Shown piece by piece: positions 1 to 10,191 of a DNA stretch of 64,000 bases. Under the pieces are notes generated by a model. It did not search any database, was not told the DNA's origin, and worked only from the letters and a program-made list of their open reading frames with translations. The translations under genes and the position numbers were made by a program. The number at the start of each line of letters is the position of its first letter. The first letter of the stretch is position 1. This DNA comes from a bacterium (lineage in GTDB: Bacteria > Bdellovibrionota_G > JALEGL01): positions 65,546 through 129,545 of the forward strand of contig JALEGL010000012.1 in the NCBI GenBank assembly GCA_022763185.1, read 5' to 3'.

Positions 1-49
1 GAGTGTTTTAGAGCGTTTTTTTGATGATTTTCCGCAAGGAGGAAAGTTA

Positions 50-1021
50 TTGATTTTAACCCACGACCATCCTGATCCAGACTCCATTTCAAGTGCAGCG
101 GCTTTAGCTCAAATTGCACAAGTATTGGGTAAAGCAAAGACCACCATTGCCTATGGTGGTATTATTGGTAGAGCTGAAAATGCACACATGGTTAAATACT
201 TAAAGTTAAAGTTGGTTCCGGTTGAAAAAGTTAAGTTTGATAAATACGATAAAATTGCCATGTGTGATACGCAACCGACAACCGGTAACAATGCGCTACC
301 GGATGGGATTACTCCTGATTTGGTGATTGATCATCACCCTAAAATAAAAGCAACCAAAGATGTTCCATTTGTGGATATTCGTTTGGATTATGGAGCTACA
401 GCCAGCATTTTATGTGAATATTTAGACAAATTTGATTTACAAATTGATCAAAGCTTAGCAACAGCATTGCTGTATGGAATTAAATCAGAAACCCAAGACT
501 TGGGTAGAGAAGCTTATGCGGTTGATATTGAAAGTTATTTAAAACTGTTTCCACTGGCCAATAAAAAATTATTATCAAAAATTGTTAACCCAAGAGTATC
601 GGAACAATATTTTAAAGATCTGGTTTACGCTTTGCAAAAAGCGCATTGGGTGGGCAGTGCATTGGTCAGTCATTTATCAGATGTTGATTCTCCAGATATT
701 GTTCCTGAAGTAGCAGACTTGATTTTAAGAGCTGAAGGCTGCAGTTGGGCCTTGTGCACAGGTCAATATGAAGGGAATTTACACTGTTCTATTAGAACAA
801 CCAATGTCAGAAAAGATGCAGGAAAGTTGATGAAAGCATTGATGAAAAGTTTTGGTGGTACCGGCGGCGGACATTTGCTGATAGCCGGTGGTAAAATTGC
901 TGCTCCAGGCATGGAAGCTTGGCAGATCCATGAGTTACAACAACAACTTGAAGAAAAATTTCTTAAAAAAATAAAAAAAATTGATCAAAGTCAGTCTCAA
1001 CTTATTGAGCCAGAGCAATGA
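50..1021 (+). CDS. DHH-family phosphoesterase (NrnA-like nanoRNase / pAp phosphatase)
   Basis: DHH motifs 'LTHDHPDPDS' and 'VIDHHPK', plus the DHHA1 'GGGH' motif near the C-terminus. 323 aa. Confidence 0.8.
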   Translation: MILTHDHPDPDSISSAAALAQIAQVLGKAKTTIAYGGIIGRAENAHMVKYLKLKLVPVEKVKFDKYDKIAMCDTQPTTGNNALPDGITPDLVIDHHPKIKATKDVPFVDIRLDYGATASILCEYLDKFDLQIDQSLATALLYGIKSETQDLGREAYAVDIESYLKLFPLANKKLLSKIVNPRVSEQYFKDLVYALQKAHWVGSALVSHLSDVDSPDIVPEVADLILRAEGCSWALCTGQYEGNLHCSIRTTNVRKDAGKLMKALMKSFGGTGGGHLLIAGGKIAAPGMEAWQIHELQQQLEEKFLKKIKKIDQSQSQLIEPEQ

Positions 1022-1040
1022 TTGAATAAAGCGTGAAGAT

Positions 1041-2555
1041 ATGGATTGGCGGCCACTCAAGGAAAAATTAAATGGTGAGTTGTTTTGGCAAGGGCAAACC
1101 TTACAAGACTATGCCTTGGATCAATCTATTTTTTCAATGACTCCTCAGGCGGTTGCTTACCCAAAACACCATCAAGATTTGCAGACAATCATTGAGTTTT
1201 GTCAAAAAAACAAGATCAATATAACTCCCAGAGGAGCAGGATCAGGTGTAGCAGGTCAATCAATAGGGGATGGGATGGTTGTTGATTGTAGCCGATATAT
1301 GAATCAAATTTTTCCGATAAACGAAAGTCATAACTATGTTTGGGTAGAGCCTGGTGTTACCTTGAAAAAACTTAACCAATATTTAAAATCCTATTCCAGA
1401 AAATTTGCCCCCGACCCAGGATCATCGGAGTACTGTACGCTTGGCGGTATGTATGCTTGTAATGCTGCTGGGCCATTAGGACTTAAATATGGCAGTACCA
1501 AAGACCATGTGTTGGCGTTTGATTTATTAAGCAGCGATTTAAGAATAATTAACAGTCAATCTCAAGACAGTTTTTTTTCAAACCTTGTGCAACAGGTACA
1601 GCAATTTTTTTTACATAACAAAATAAAATTAAGTTCTGTCAAAAAAAACTCCAGTGGTTATAATTTTGCAGCCTTACTAGAAGAACCACCAGCAATAGAA
1701 AAATTTTTTGCCGGTACAGAAGGCACTTTGGGCTTTGTGACTCGCTTGCAACTTAAAACGGTTTCTTTGCCTACAGAGCAAAATTTAAAAATTTTTCGTT
1801 TTAATACTATTGAAGATGCTGTAGCAACCGTTAGCGCTATCCTTAATGACTATAAACCCGATGCCTTAGAGCTTTTGGATTCTTGGATTTTAAAGGCTTT
1901 ATCAAAACAATACAATTTTTTTAAAGCAATGATTGAGCATGAAAACAATGTTTTTTTATGTGCGCAATGGGAAACAGATCCAAGTCTATTTAGTAGAAAA
2001 AATAAAAACTTGGATACGGTTTATGAAACAAGCAATGATGATGACATCAAGCAGTTTTGGACCATGCGTAAGCAAGCATCACCCATTTTGCATGAGCTTA
2101 ACAAAGATAGAAAACCTTTACGGTGTATTGAAGATACCGTTGTTCCGCTAGAACTGCTTGAACAATATATCATTGAATTAAAAAAAATTTTAAAAAACTA
2201 CGACTGTTCTGGTCCTATTTTTGGACATATTGGCATGGGTCACGTGCATGTTAATCCATGGATTAAAATAGAAGATAATATAGACATTTATTTAAATCAG
2301 CTCATGCAAGATGTTTATGCCTTAGTGGATAAATACAGTGGAAGTATATCAGGAGAACATGGAGATGGTTTCTTAAGAGCGCCCTACGTGAGTCAATATC
2401 AACAAGAGCTGATGCCTCTGTATAAACAAATAAAGCAACATTTTGACCCTATGAATCTATTTAATCCTGGCAAAGTTTTTGGACCCAACAGATTAAGCAA
2501 AGAAAACTTAAGAGACTTGAAATCTCCATGGAATAATATACAAAGCCATAAATAA
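1041..2555 (+). CDS. FAD-linked oxidase (GlcD / D-lactate dehydrogenase family)
   Basis: N-terminal PCMH-type FAD-binding region 'TPRGAGSGVAGQSIG'. C-terminal FAD-oxidase motif 'GEHGDGFLR'. 504 aa. Confidence 0.8.
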   Translation: MDWRPLKEKLNGELFWQGQTLQDYALDQSIFSMTPQAVAYPKHHQDLQTIIEFCQKNKINITPRGAGSGVAGQSIGDGMVVDCSRYMNQIFPINESHNYVWVEPGVTLKKLNQYLKSYSRKFAPDPGSSEYCTLGGMYACNAAGPLGLKYGSTKDHVLAFDLLSSDLRIINSQSQDSFFSNLVQQVQQFFLHNKIKLSSVKKNSSGYNFAALLEEPPAIEKFFAGTEGTLGFVTRLQLKTVSLPTEQNLKIFRFNTIEDAVATVSAILNDYKPDALELLDSWILKALSKQYNFFKAMIEHENNVFLCAQWETDPSLFSRKNKNLDTVYETSNDDDIKQFWTMRKQASPILHELNKDRKPLRCIEDTVVPLELLEQYIIELKKILKNYDCSGPIFGHIGMGHVHVNPWIKIEDNIDIYLNQLMQDVYALVDKYSGSISGEHGDGFLRAPYVSQYQQELMPLYKQIKQHFDPMNLFNPGKVFGPNRLSKENLRDLKSPWNNIQSHK

Positions 2556-2674
2556 CTCTGCAAGATGAAGATTTATGGATTTTTTACTAATAGAGATTAA
2601 AGTATAAGTCTCTTTACAGCTCATAAAAAGTAGCTTGCGCAAAAGTATTTAAATTATAAAAGAGTGGAGTAGAT

Positions 2675-3256
2675 ATGCCTGTATGGATGTTGATTGTTGA
2701 ATGGTTAGCCAGACTTGTTCTGCTGCTTTTGCTTTGTTTATCGGTTTGGTCAATTGCCATTATGTTTGATCGTAAAAAATACTTTTCACGTATTTTAAAA
2801 GATTTACCCAAGGCAAATTGGGATAAAGAATTAAAAAATTTAGATCACAGTACCATGCAAACTTCTGATAAACTTTGGCACAGAGCGTATGCATTTATAG
2901 CTAAAGAAAAGCAAGAACAGAAAATAGAAAAAGCCTTTGAAACATTCACCTTGCAAGAAAAGCCAACTATGAACAAAGGCCTTTCTGTCTTAGGAACTCT
3001 GGGGGCTACAGCACCGTTTATAGGTTTGTTTGGAACAGTTTTGGGTATCATCAATGCCTTTGGGGATTTATCCATTAACTCACAAAATACCAATAAAATC
3101 ATGTTTCTTTTGGCTGAAGCCCTTATTCTGACTGCAGTAGGTTTGTTGGTGGCTATTCCTGCCGTGATTGCATTTAACTACTTCAAACAAAAAATGAATA
3201 TGGTTTTAGAGCGTCTTGTGGCCATGAAGAATACCTATCAAAACTCACAGGAGTAA
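2675..3256 (+). CDS. exbB: MotA/TolQ/ExbB proton-channel protein
   Basis: Three TM segments. Conserved C-terminal '[26 protein letters not shown]'. Immediately upstream of ExbD and TonB genes. Confidence 0.85.
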   Translation: MPVWMLIVEWLARLVLLLLLCLSVWSIAIMFDRKKYFSRILKDLPKANWDKELKNLDHSTMQTSDKLWHRAYAFIAKEKQEQKIEKAFETFTLQEKPTMNKGLSVLGTLGATAPFIGLFGTVLGIINAFGDLSINSQNTNKIMFLLAEALILTAVGLLVAIPAVIAFNYFKQKMNMVLERLVAMKNTYQNSQE

Positions 3257-3262
3257 ATTTTT

Positions 3263-3670
3263 ATGGCAATGCAAGTGAATGACAATGATGAAGGTTTGTT
3301 TGAGATCAACATTACACCTTTTGTGGATGTGGTTTTGGTGTTGCTGGTTATTTTTATGGTAACCGCTCCAATGATGGTACAGCAAGCCTTAGAGGTTAAC
3401 TTGCCGCAAACACAGACAGCAGATGCAATTCAAAAAACAACCTTGTCTGTGGGTATTACAGCCAACAATCAATACTTACTTAATGGAAAATTGATGACCT
3501 TACAAACAATCAATGAACAAGCTCAAAAAGCGTTTGAAGAGTCCAAAAATGTACAAGTTATTTTTGCAGCGGACTTGGATTCAAAACATGAGGCAGTGGT
3601 TAAAGCCATGGATGTTTTAAGGCAAACTGGGATTACGCAATTTGCTTTTCAGGTGATTAAAAAAGACTAA
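3263..3670 (+). CDS. exbD: ExbD/TolR biopolymer transport protein
   Basis: 135 aa. Single N-terminal TM segment 'ITPFVDVVLVLLVIFMVTAPMM', typical of ExbD. Confidence 0.85.
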   Translation: MAMQVNDNDEGLFEINITPFVDVVLVLLVIFMVTAPMMVQQALEVNLPQTQTADAIQKTTLSVGITANNQYLLNGKLMTLQTINEQAQKAFEESKNVQVIFAADLDSKHEAVVKAMDVLRQTGITQFAFQVIKKD

Positions 3671-3672
3671 TA

Positions 3673-4335
3673 ATGCGCGAAGCTTTAAAAAAATCATTAT
3701 GGCTTCATGCTTTGTTGGTGGGGCCGGTAACTGTTCTTGTAGTATTACAAAGTATGGTGAGAGTCCCTGTTTTAGATAAAGTTGAGTTTGAAGTCATCGA
3801 AAAAACCATTTCCAGTGATAAAAAAATTGTCAAAATTGAAGAACAAGAAGTCAACTCAGTCAAACAAAATGAAAAACAAGAACGCATCTTTGAACAACCG
3901 GTAAAAGAGGTGTTTGGTTTGCAAAAAGACACCTTACTTGATGAAGGTTCCAATGCCGATAACACGGTATCCATTAAAAAAGGCAATACAGTTTTAAAAG
4001 AACAAGATAATGAGATTGCAGAAAATGATGATCCCTTGCCTGTGCCAAAACCAGAATACATGGTGACACAGATGCCCATACTTATTAAAAAAGTTACGCC
4101 GGTATATCCAAAAAAGGCTAAAGACAGTGGCTTTGAAACCACAGTTGAACTGAATGTTCTTATAGACGAAAAAGGAATTGTTAGGCTAGTAAAGCTTGTT
4201 GACGATCCCGGTATGGGGATAGGTCAGGCAGCGATTGAGGCCATGAGACAATTTAAATTTAAGCCTGCAAAAATAGCGGGAAAACCTGTAGCAGTGGAGA
4301 TAAGGTATGAAATTGAGTTTGAAATTAATTCCTAA
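3673..4335 (+). CDS. tonB: Energy transducer TonB
   Basis: N-terminal TM segment, charged K/E-rich linker and TonB C-terminal domain ('YPKKAKDSGFETTVELNVLIDEKGIV...KPVAVEIRYEIEF'). Confidence 0.8.
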   Translation: MREALKKSLWLHALLVGPVTVLVVLQSMVRVPVLDKVEFEVIEKTISSDKKIVKIEEQEVNSVKQNEKQERIFEQPVKEVFGLQKDTLLDEGSNADNTVSIKKGNTVLKEQDNEIAENDDPLPVPKPEYMVTQMPILIKKVTPVYPKKAKDSGFETTVELNVLIDEKGIVRLVKLVDDPGMGIGQAAIEAMRQFKFKPAKIAGKPVAVEIRYEIEFEINS

Positions 4336-6733
4336 AATGTGCTTCTATTTAGTTCTCATGCAAACGCAGCTTATTTTTACGCAAGAAATTACTGAGCCAA
4401 ATATTAAAGTTGATTCACAGCTTGATCTGACAAACACTGTAAAAAACGACAATACTGTGCAAAAACTTTTATCGGGCGATGAAAAAAAAGCCAATAGCAA
4501 TGATGATGTTACAAACGAAAATGTTACAGTTAAAGATTTGTCCTGCTCAGCTACATTTATATTGAAAGAAAAGGGAACTAGAAAACCACTTGTTAAGTCG
4601 AATATGTACCTTCTTCCAGAAGGACGCAAAGAAGTTTCTGATGAAAAAGGTCAAGTATTTTTTGAGGCAATTGTATGTGGCAGCCGGTCGTGGGTTGTTA
4701 ACATTTCAGGATATAAAAGACTCGATATTAATAAAAACATTTCTCAAGGGAAAAAAACCACAACTACATTGTATATAGAGCCTGTCCAAGACAAGGTATA
4801 TAGAATGGTTGTGACGACAGATGCCAATAAAAGAGATGGCTCAAAAAGAACCATAGATCAGGACAAGTTTATTAAGGCCATTGGTTCAAGAGGTGACCCA
4901 ATTGTTGCTTTAGAAAATGAACCCGGCTTTAGTGGTTTCTCAGACCAGGGTGGTATTATTTTACAAGGTGCAGACCCTGAGGATACACGGTTTTATGTCA
5001 ATGGCCATGAAATTCCATTGATATTTCACAGTTTGGGTTTTTCTTCTGTTTTTGTTCCTGAGTCAATTCAGTCCGTTGATTTATTAACTGCCGGTTTTGG
5101 TAGTGAATATGGGCGGACCGTTGGTGGTAATATTAATCTAACAACACGAGACCCTAAATTGGATAGATTGCATGGTATGGCCTATGTTGATCTTCTAAAT
5201 GCTGGAGCTCTGGTTCAAGGCCCTTTAGATAAAGATAAAAAGCATAGTTTTTGGCTTGGAGGGCGGGTAAGTTACATTGGACCTGTATTTAATTTGGTTA
5301 CCGGTGATGATGATAATGTTCAGTTTAATACCGTCCCTCAATTTTTTGACTTGCAAGCCAATTACCAATGGAAAATTAATGAACAATGGACCTTTGATGT
5401 TTTAGGTTTTGGTGCGCAAGATGTTTTACGATTGAGAATTAAAGATAACGAAGACCCTAGCTTAAGAGGGGATATCAGTTTTAAAACAGCATTTTACCGA
5501 TTTATTCCTCGCATACGGTACAGTTATGGAGAAAAAAATAGTGTATCTCTATCAACTGCACATGGCTTAGACTTTATTAATCAAGAGTTGGATGACTTTT
5601 TTTTTGATGCCACCAACTATGCTCCAACCATAAGAGGGGAGTGGCAACATCATTGGCATGATCAATTCAATACAGTTTTGGGTCTTGATACTAAGTTTAC
5701 GCATTTTAAGGCAGATTTAAGTGTTCCTTCAGGGACATTTCAAAACTCAGAAAGTGATGCTGTTCCGGAAGCCTTAAGAGATGTAATTACAAAAACAATT
5801 GATGAAAAGTTTTGGGATTTGGGAGCCTATACACGATTTAATCTTAGTACAGAAAATCAAACATGGTTATTTTCACCCAATGTGCGCTTTGATTATTCTG
5901 AGCTAACCGATGAGTTTCATATTTCACCTCGTTTGGAAATTAGAAAAAAATTAAATCCTATTTGGACCTTACGTGCAGCCAGTGGCTTTTATTATCAAAC
6001 ACCACAAGCTCCTGAAGTTGAAGCCTCTTTTGGTAATCCGGATTTAAAAGATGTAAAATCTATTCATTACGCTTTGGGTGTTTTGTTTGATACGCGTATT
6101 GATAAAACAACGGGGCTGTTTGGGGATATGACTCTGTTTTACAGAGACATCAGTAATGTTGTTGTAGATACCGATGAATTGATTGATCGCAATGGCGTGC
6201 TTGAGCCTTTAAGGTATACCAATGGCGGAGACGGCTATGCGGCAGGTGCTCAGTGGGCTCTAAATTATAAACATAAAAAATTTGAGTCGGCGTTATCGTA
6301 CACTTTGTTATGGAGTGAAAGAAAAGAAGAGGGAGAAGAGTTTAGACCTACCAATGGCGATCAACGTCATAACTTTAATATGCGTACACGGGTGTACTTA
6401 AATAATTGGGAGCTTTCAGCACGTTTACGTTATGTTTCTGGAGCAAGACATACACCAATTGTGGATGCTTACTATGATTTAGATAATGACATTTACATTC
6501 CTATTGAAGGTATTGAAAACTCTGAAAGAGTTCCTGACACGTTTCAACTGGATTTAAGAGCCGATAGAAAATGGCGTTTTGATCAGTGGATCATGTCTTT
6601 GTATATTGATATCTTAAATGTAACCAACCGTAAAAATGGTTTTGATTACGATTACAGTTTTGACTATTCATCAAGAGAAGTGGCAGCAGGTATTCCAGTA
6701 TTGCCAACCTTTGGTATAAAAGGAGAATTTTAA
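4307..6733 (+). CDS. TonB-dependent outer-membrane receptor
   Basis: 808 aa. N-terminal signal peptide and terminal aromatic 'GIKGEF'. Follows exbB-exbD-tonB. The start may be the ATG at 4337, just after the tonB stop, rather than 4307. Confidence 0.7.
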   Translation: MKLSLKLIPKMCFYLVLMQTQLIFTQEITEPNIKVDSQLDLTNTVKNDNTVQKLLSGDEKKANSNDDVTNENVTVKDLSCSATFILKEKGTRKPLVKSNMYLLPEGRKEVSDEKGQVFFEAIVCGSRSWVVNISGYKRLDINKNISQGKKTTTTLYIEPVQDKVYRMVVTTDANKRDGSKRTIDQDKFIKAIGSRGDPIVALENEPGFSGFSDQGGIILQGADPEDTRFYVNGHEIPLIFHSLGFSSVFVPESIQSVDLLTAGFGSEYGRTVGGNINLTTRDPKLDRLHGMAYVDLLNAGALVQGPLDKDKKHSFWLGGRVSYIGPVFNLVTGDDDNVQFNTVPQFFDLQANYQWKINEQWTFDVLGFGAQDVLRLRIKDNEDPSLRGDISFKTAFYRFIPRIRYSYGEKNSVSLSTAHGLDFINQELDDFFFDATNYAPTIRGEWQHHWHDQFNTVLGLDTKFTHFKADLSVPSGTFQNSESDAVPEALRDVITKTIDEKFWDLGAYTRFNLSTENQTWLFSPNVRFDYSELTDEFHISPRLEIRKKLNPIWTLRAASGFYYQTPQAPEVEASFGNPDLKDVKSIHYALGVLFDTRIDKTTGLFGDMTLFYRDISNVVVDTDELIDRNGVLEPLRYTNGGDGYAAGAQWALNYKHKKFESALSYTLLWSERKEEGEEFRPTNGDQRHNFNMRTRVYLNNWELSARLRYVSGARHTPIVDAYYDLDNDIYIPIEGIENSERVPDTFQLDLRADRKWRFDQWIMSLYIDILNVTNRKNGFDYDYSFDYSSREVAAGIPVLPTFGIKGEF

Positions 6734-7566
6734 TGCAACAAAATAAATTATATATCTTATTATTAGGACTATGCTTTTTATTTTCGTGTGAAAGAGTGGA
6801 AGTAGATTTTTTTAATCTTGGCGAGTTTAGATTAATGGCGGTGATTGCAGATCAACCAGAAGTGGATGCCAGTATAAATAATACAGTAACACTAACCCCA
6901 TGGATCAGCGATGTTGATGCTCAAGGCAGATTGGTATCATTGGATATTGTTGCTTGTTTAGATCCGGGTATTGGTTTGGGCGTAGAGCCAACCTGTCAAA
7001 GCAGTGACCCTACCTATCAGCAGATAGCCTATACTGATTTTGATACCAACACCTTAAGTGCTCAATACTTTAGTGGTGCCATGGATAGCTTTGATGTTTC
7101 CATACCTGCAGGTTTGCTGAGCATGCTGGATGCAGAAACACAATTTAATGGTGTAGACTATATCGTTTCAATGGTTTTTACTGCTGGCGATGCTGAAATT
7201 AAATCTGTCAAACGCATTAAGCTTTCAAGCAATCCAAGTCCCAATCAAAATCCAGCTTTTGAAGATATCTTGGTTGATGGGAGTGATTCGATGATGATCA
7301 ATGATGGGAGTGAAATTGGTTTTACGATTCAAACAGGTTTTGAACCAGAAAATTACCAAGAATACGATACTGAAGGAACGTTGCAAAACCAAACAGAAAA
7401 CTATTTGGTGACATGGTTTGTTTCTGGGGGAGTGTTGCGCTTTTCAAGAACAGAGCCGGGTCAAGATAACGAGTTTACACTGGATGACAGTGTGTCAGGA
7501 GAGCCGTTTGTTTTTGGTATATTAAGAGATAATCGTGGCGGCGCGGATATCATGTTTAAAGACTGA
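6733..7566 (+). CDS. Lipoprotein associated with the TonB-dependent receptor
   Basis: Signal peptide with lipobox 'LGLCFLFSC'. Its ATG overlaps the receptor stop codon (TAATG). Confidence 0.55.
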   Translation: MQQNKLYILLLGLCFLFSCERVEVDFFNLGEFRLMAVIADQPEVDASINNTVTLTPWISDVDAQGRLVSLDIVACLDPGIGLGVEPTCQSSDPTYQQIAYTDFDTNTLSAQYFSGAMDSFDVSIPAGLLSMLDAETQFNGVDYIVSMVFTAGDAEIKSVKRIKLSSNPSPNQNPAFEDILVDGSDSMMINDGSEIGFTIQTGFEPENYQEYDTEGTLQNQTENYLVTWFVSGGVLRFSRTEPGQDNEFTLDDSVSGEPFVFGILRDNRGGADIMFKD

Positions 7567-7567
7567 T

Positions 7568-8527
7568 ATGCAGAAAGTTATTATTGACACAGACCCAGGG
7601 ATTGATGATTTTTTAGCCATTGCTGTTGCACAAGAAGCAAAAGCAATTGATCTTTTAGCCTTAACCACAGTCTTTGGTAATGTTAGAATTGAACAGACCA
7701 CACAAAATGCTTGTTACATTGCGGGACTTTTTGATCATTCCTTTAAAGTCATTCAAGGTGCACAAAGCCCACTTGATAAAAGTATTTCTGGAAAACGTGA
7801 TTCCAGTATGTTTCATGCCAAAGATGGCTTGGGCAATATTATCCATAATAAAAAAATCAATCTAGATCATATTGTACCGTCATTAACGGCTGCCCAATAC
7901 ATTGTTAATAAGGCCAATGAATTGAAAGGTGAATTAAATTTAATTAGCTTAGGTGCTTTAACCAATATTGCTATGGCTCTGGAGTTAGATCCAGACTTAC
8001 CTAAAAAAATTAAACAAGTGGTGTGTATGGGAGGAGCGGTGCTTACGCAAGGCAATGCGACACCCGCGGCAGAGTTTAATTTTTGGAGTGACCCTTTAGC
8101 AGCAGATAAAGTTATATCTGCTGGCTTTAATTTGCACTTGGTCGGTTTGGATGTAACCCAAAAAATTGTATTGGACGATGTGTTTTTTGATGAAATGAAA
8201 ACAATCAAAAAACCATTTATCAATGATTTGTATGAGGCTTGTCAGTTTTATTCCCAGTCATACAAAGAAAAGGTGAAAATTGCAGGTTGCAGGTGCCATG
8301 ATCCATCAGCTGTGATGTACTTTTTAAAACCAGAACTGTTTAACTGTATCACAGGAGCAACAAGGGTTTTAAGTGAAGGTATAGGTGCAGGACAAACCAT
8401 TCTTGACCAAAACTCTAAGCATAGTAGTCAAAAACATGCTTGGACCAATATTCAACCTATAATAGCAGCAGTAGAGGTCAAGTCAGAATTAGTAAAAACC
8501 AATATTTTACAGATATTAAACGCCTAA
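7568..8527 (+). CDS. Inosine-uridine-preferring nucleoside hydrolase
   Basis: Canonical N-terminal 'IIDTDPGIDDFLAI' (DXDXXXDD) motif. The start is taken at M12 of the listed ORF (ATG 7568), immediately after the upstream stop. Confidence 0.85.
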   Translation: MQKVIIDTDPGIDDFLAIAVAQEAKAIDLLALTTVFGNVRIEQTTQNACYIAGLFDHSFKVIQGAQSPLDKSISGKRDSSMFHAKDGLGNIIHNKKINLDHIVPSLTAAQYIVNKANELKGELNLISLGALTNIAMALELDPDLPKKIKQVVCMGGAVLTQGNATPAAEFNFWSDPLAADKVISAGFNLHLVGLDVTQKIVLDDVFFDEMKTIKKPFINDLYEACQFYSQSYKEKVKIAGCRCHDPSAVMYFLKPELFNCITGATRVLSEGIGAGQTILDQNSKHSSQKHAWTNIQPIIAAVEVKSELVKTNILQILNA

Positions 8528-8599
8528 GTTAAATCAATATATACAGAGCTAGTGGTTAAGGCTGCTATGGTTTTCTTTGAAAGCATTAAGCAAAAAAAA

Positions 8600-9016
8600 T
8601 TATTGGATATAACAAGCTCCACTATTAATATAGTGCCTAAGGGTATCTAAAGCATCCGACAGCACTAAATTTTCTGTGTTTGGTGTAGATACAATACGTG
8701 CTATTTCAGTTTTATTTTCATAGTAGTCTGAAAGATAAAATTTTTGAGGTTCTTCTGACCGAACAGAAACTTGATAGTAAGAATGGTTACCGAGTATGGA
8801 TTTAATAAATTGAATGTAACAAGAAAAATGGAAACTAGGACCTAATGTTGGATGAACTTCTTTGTATTGGTGACCAATACCTATTTGCGCAAGACTAAAA
8901 AGATCTTGATCACACATTGACATTAATTTATTAACTTCTTCAGATATATTGTGTTGAGCATATGTTGTACCAAGCATTAAACTTAAAACTAAACTTAAAA
9001 AAATTTTATTCATCAT
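8600..9016 (-). CDS. Hypothetical secreted protein
   Basis: 138 aa with a clear signal peptide 'MMNKIFLSLVLSLMLGTTYA'. No recognisable domain. Confidence 0.45.
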   Translation of the reverse strand: MMNKIFLSLVLSLMLGTTYAQHNISEEVNKLMSMCDQDLFSLAQIGIGHQYKEVHPTLGPSFHFSCYIQFIKSILGNHSYYQVSVRSEEPQKFYLSDYYENKTEIARIVSTPNTENLVLSDALDTLRHYINSGACYIQ

Positions 9017-9058
9017 ACCCTGTTTCTGTTTATTAAATTAATCAACGCTTTGAGCTAT

Positions 9059-10072
9059 TCACTGTTTTGGTAAGCCAATTTCAAGCATTTTTTCTACAGA
9101 TTTTAAGGCTTTCAACCTCACATCTTCTTCAACGGTTATTTTAAAACGATCGTGCTTTAATGAATCTAAAACGCTGTTGAGGTTGGTCACTTTCATGTAA
9201 GGACATGCGCAGGATTGGTCACAGCTTTTATGTTGATAAATAGGATGAATCTCTTTATCCGGGCAGATTTTTTGGGCTTTTTGAATCAAGCCAATTTCTG
9301 TACCAATGATAAATTTTTGTTCAGGGCTGTCTTTAACAAAATCCAACATTTGACTGGTGCTTAAAACGGCATCAGCTTTGGCTACCACGTCTGGATTACA
9401 CTCAGGATGAACAATAATGACGGCATCAGGATGCAGTTCAATGGTTTTTTCAAGCATATCTAGGCTAACGGCTTTGTGAACAGGGCAGTAGCCTTGCCAA
9501 GGAATGATTTTTTTATTGGACCCCTTGGCTTTAAGGGTTTTGCTGACCCAGTCAGCCAAATTTGCATCAGGACCAAAGAGTATGGTGTCGCTGGGCATGT
9601 TCTCAACAATATGCAGGGCATTGGAGCTGGTGCAACATACATCCGCTTCAGCTTTAACATCTGCACTACAATTGATATACATCACCGTATCTGCGCCAGG
9701 GTTTTCAGCTTTCCATTGCTTTAACTGTTCACCGGTTATTTCATCTGCCAATCCACAGCCAGCTTCAGTTTCAGGTAATAATACGGTTTTATCTGGATTA
9801 AGAATATAAGCTGTTTCAGCCATAAAACGTACACCACAAAATACAATGGTGTCACAGTCTACTTCTGTGGCCATTTTAGATAAGCCATAGGAATCTCCGA
9901 TTTTATCGGCAATGTCATGGATTTCTGGTTTTTGATAATTGTGAGCTAAAATAAGCGCGTTTTTTTCTTTTTTTAAGCGCTCAATCTCAGCAATAAGGTC
10001 CTGACTGGACAGAGCTGTTTGCTCAATGTCTTGTTTGGAAGGAATATCTTCAAAGTATTTTAACTCAATCAT
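9059..10072 (-). CDS. nadA: Quinolinate synthase
   Basis: 337 aa. The conserved NadA cysteines and overall sequence are typical ('GCGLADEITG', 'YINCSADVKA', 'SCDQSCACPYMK'). Confidence 0.92.
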   Translation of the reverse strand: MIELKYFEDIPSKQDIEQTALSSQDLIAEIERLKKEKNALILAHNYQKPEIHDIADKIGDSYGLSKMATEVDCDTIVFCGVRFMAETAYILNPDKTVLLPETEAGCGLADEITGEQLKQWKAENPGADTVMYINCSADVKAEADVCCTSSNALHIVENMPSDTILFGPDANLADWVSKTLKAKGSNKKIIPWQGYCPVHKAVSLDMLEKTIELHPDAVIIVHPECNPDVVAKADAVLSTSQMLDFVKDSPEQKFIIGTEIGLIQKAQKICPDKEIHPIYQHKSCDQSCACPYMKVTNLNSVLDSLKHDRFKITVEEDVRLKALKSVEKMLEIGLPKQ

Positions 10073-10120
10073 GCGGCCAATATAGCTCTAATTGGCAAAA
10101 GGTCAACTCAAAAGGTACCT

Positions 10121-10185
10121 AAAGGTAGCCGGTTACTATAGGAACTCATCACAAACAAAGGTACCCAAAGTAACCGGCTACCTTT
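10121..10185. promoter_or_regulatory. 17-bp perfect inverted repeat (AAAGGTAGCCGGTTACT / AGTAACCGGCTACCTTT) with a 31-bp spacer
   Basis: Read directly from the sequence. It sits between the stop of the phosphatidyltransferase gene and the start of nadA, both on the minus strand. Additional AAAGGTA(C) direct repeats lie at 10111, 10121 and 10158. Confidence 0.5.
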
Positions 10186-10191
10186 GGCTAC

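Noticed and set aside
1933-2151. Small internal and antisense ORFs from the six-frame track (for example 1933..2151, 2614..2811, 2845..3102, 3705..4142, 4345..4629, 9460..9809, 12924..13295, 14187..14847, 17834..18106, 18367..19038, 22403..22600, 24349..24891, 27062..27889, 28726..29376, 39759..41952, 45709..45915, 46403..46845, 50092..50528, 53616..54882, 56946..59827, 60222..60905, 61921..62853, 63356..63538)
   Set aside because: Each lies wholly inside, in-frame-shifted within, or antisense to a longer ORF with strong motif-level support. There are no signal, RBS or domain features, so they are treated as non-coding artefacts.
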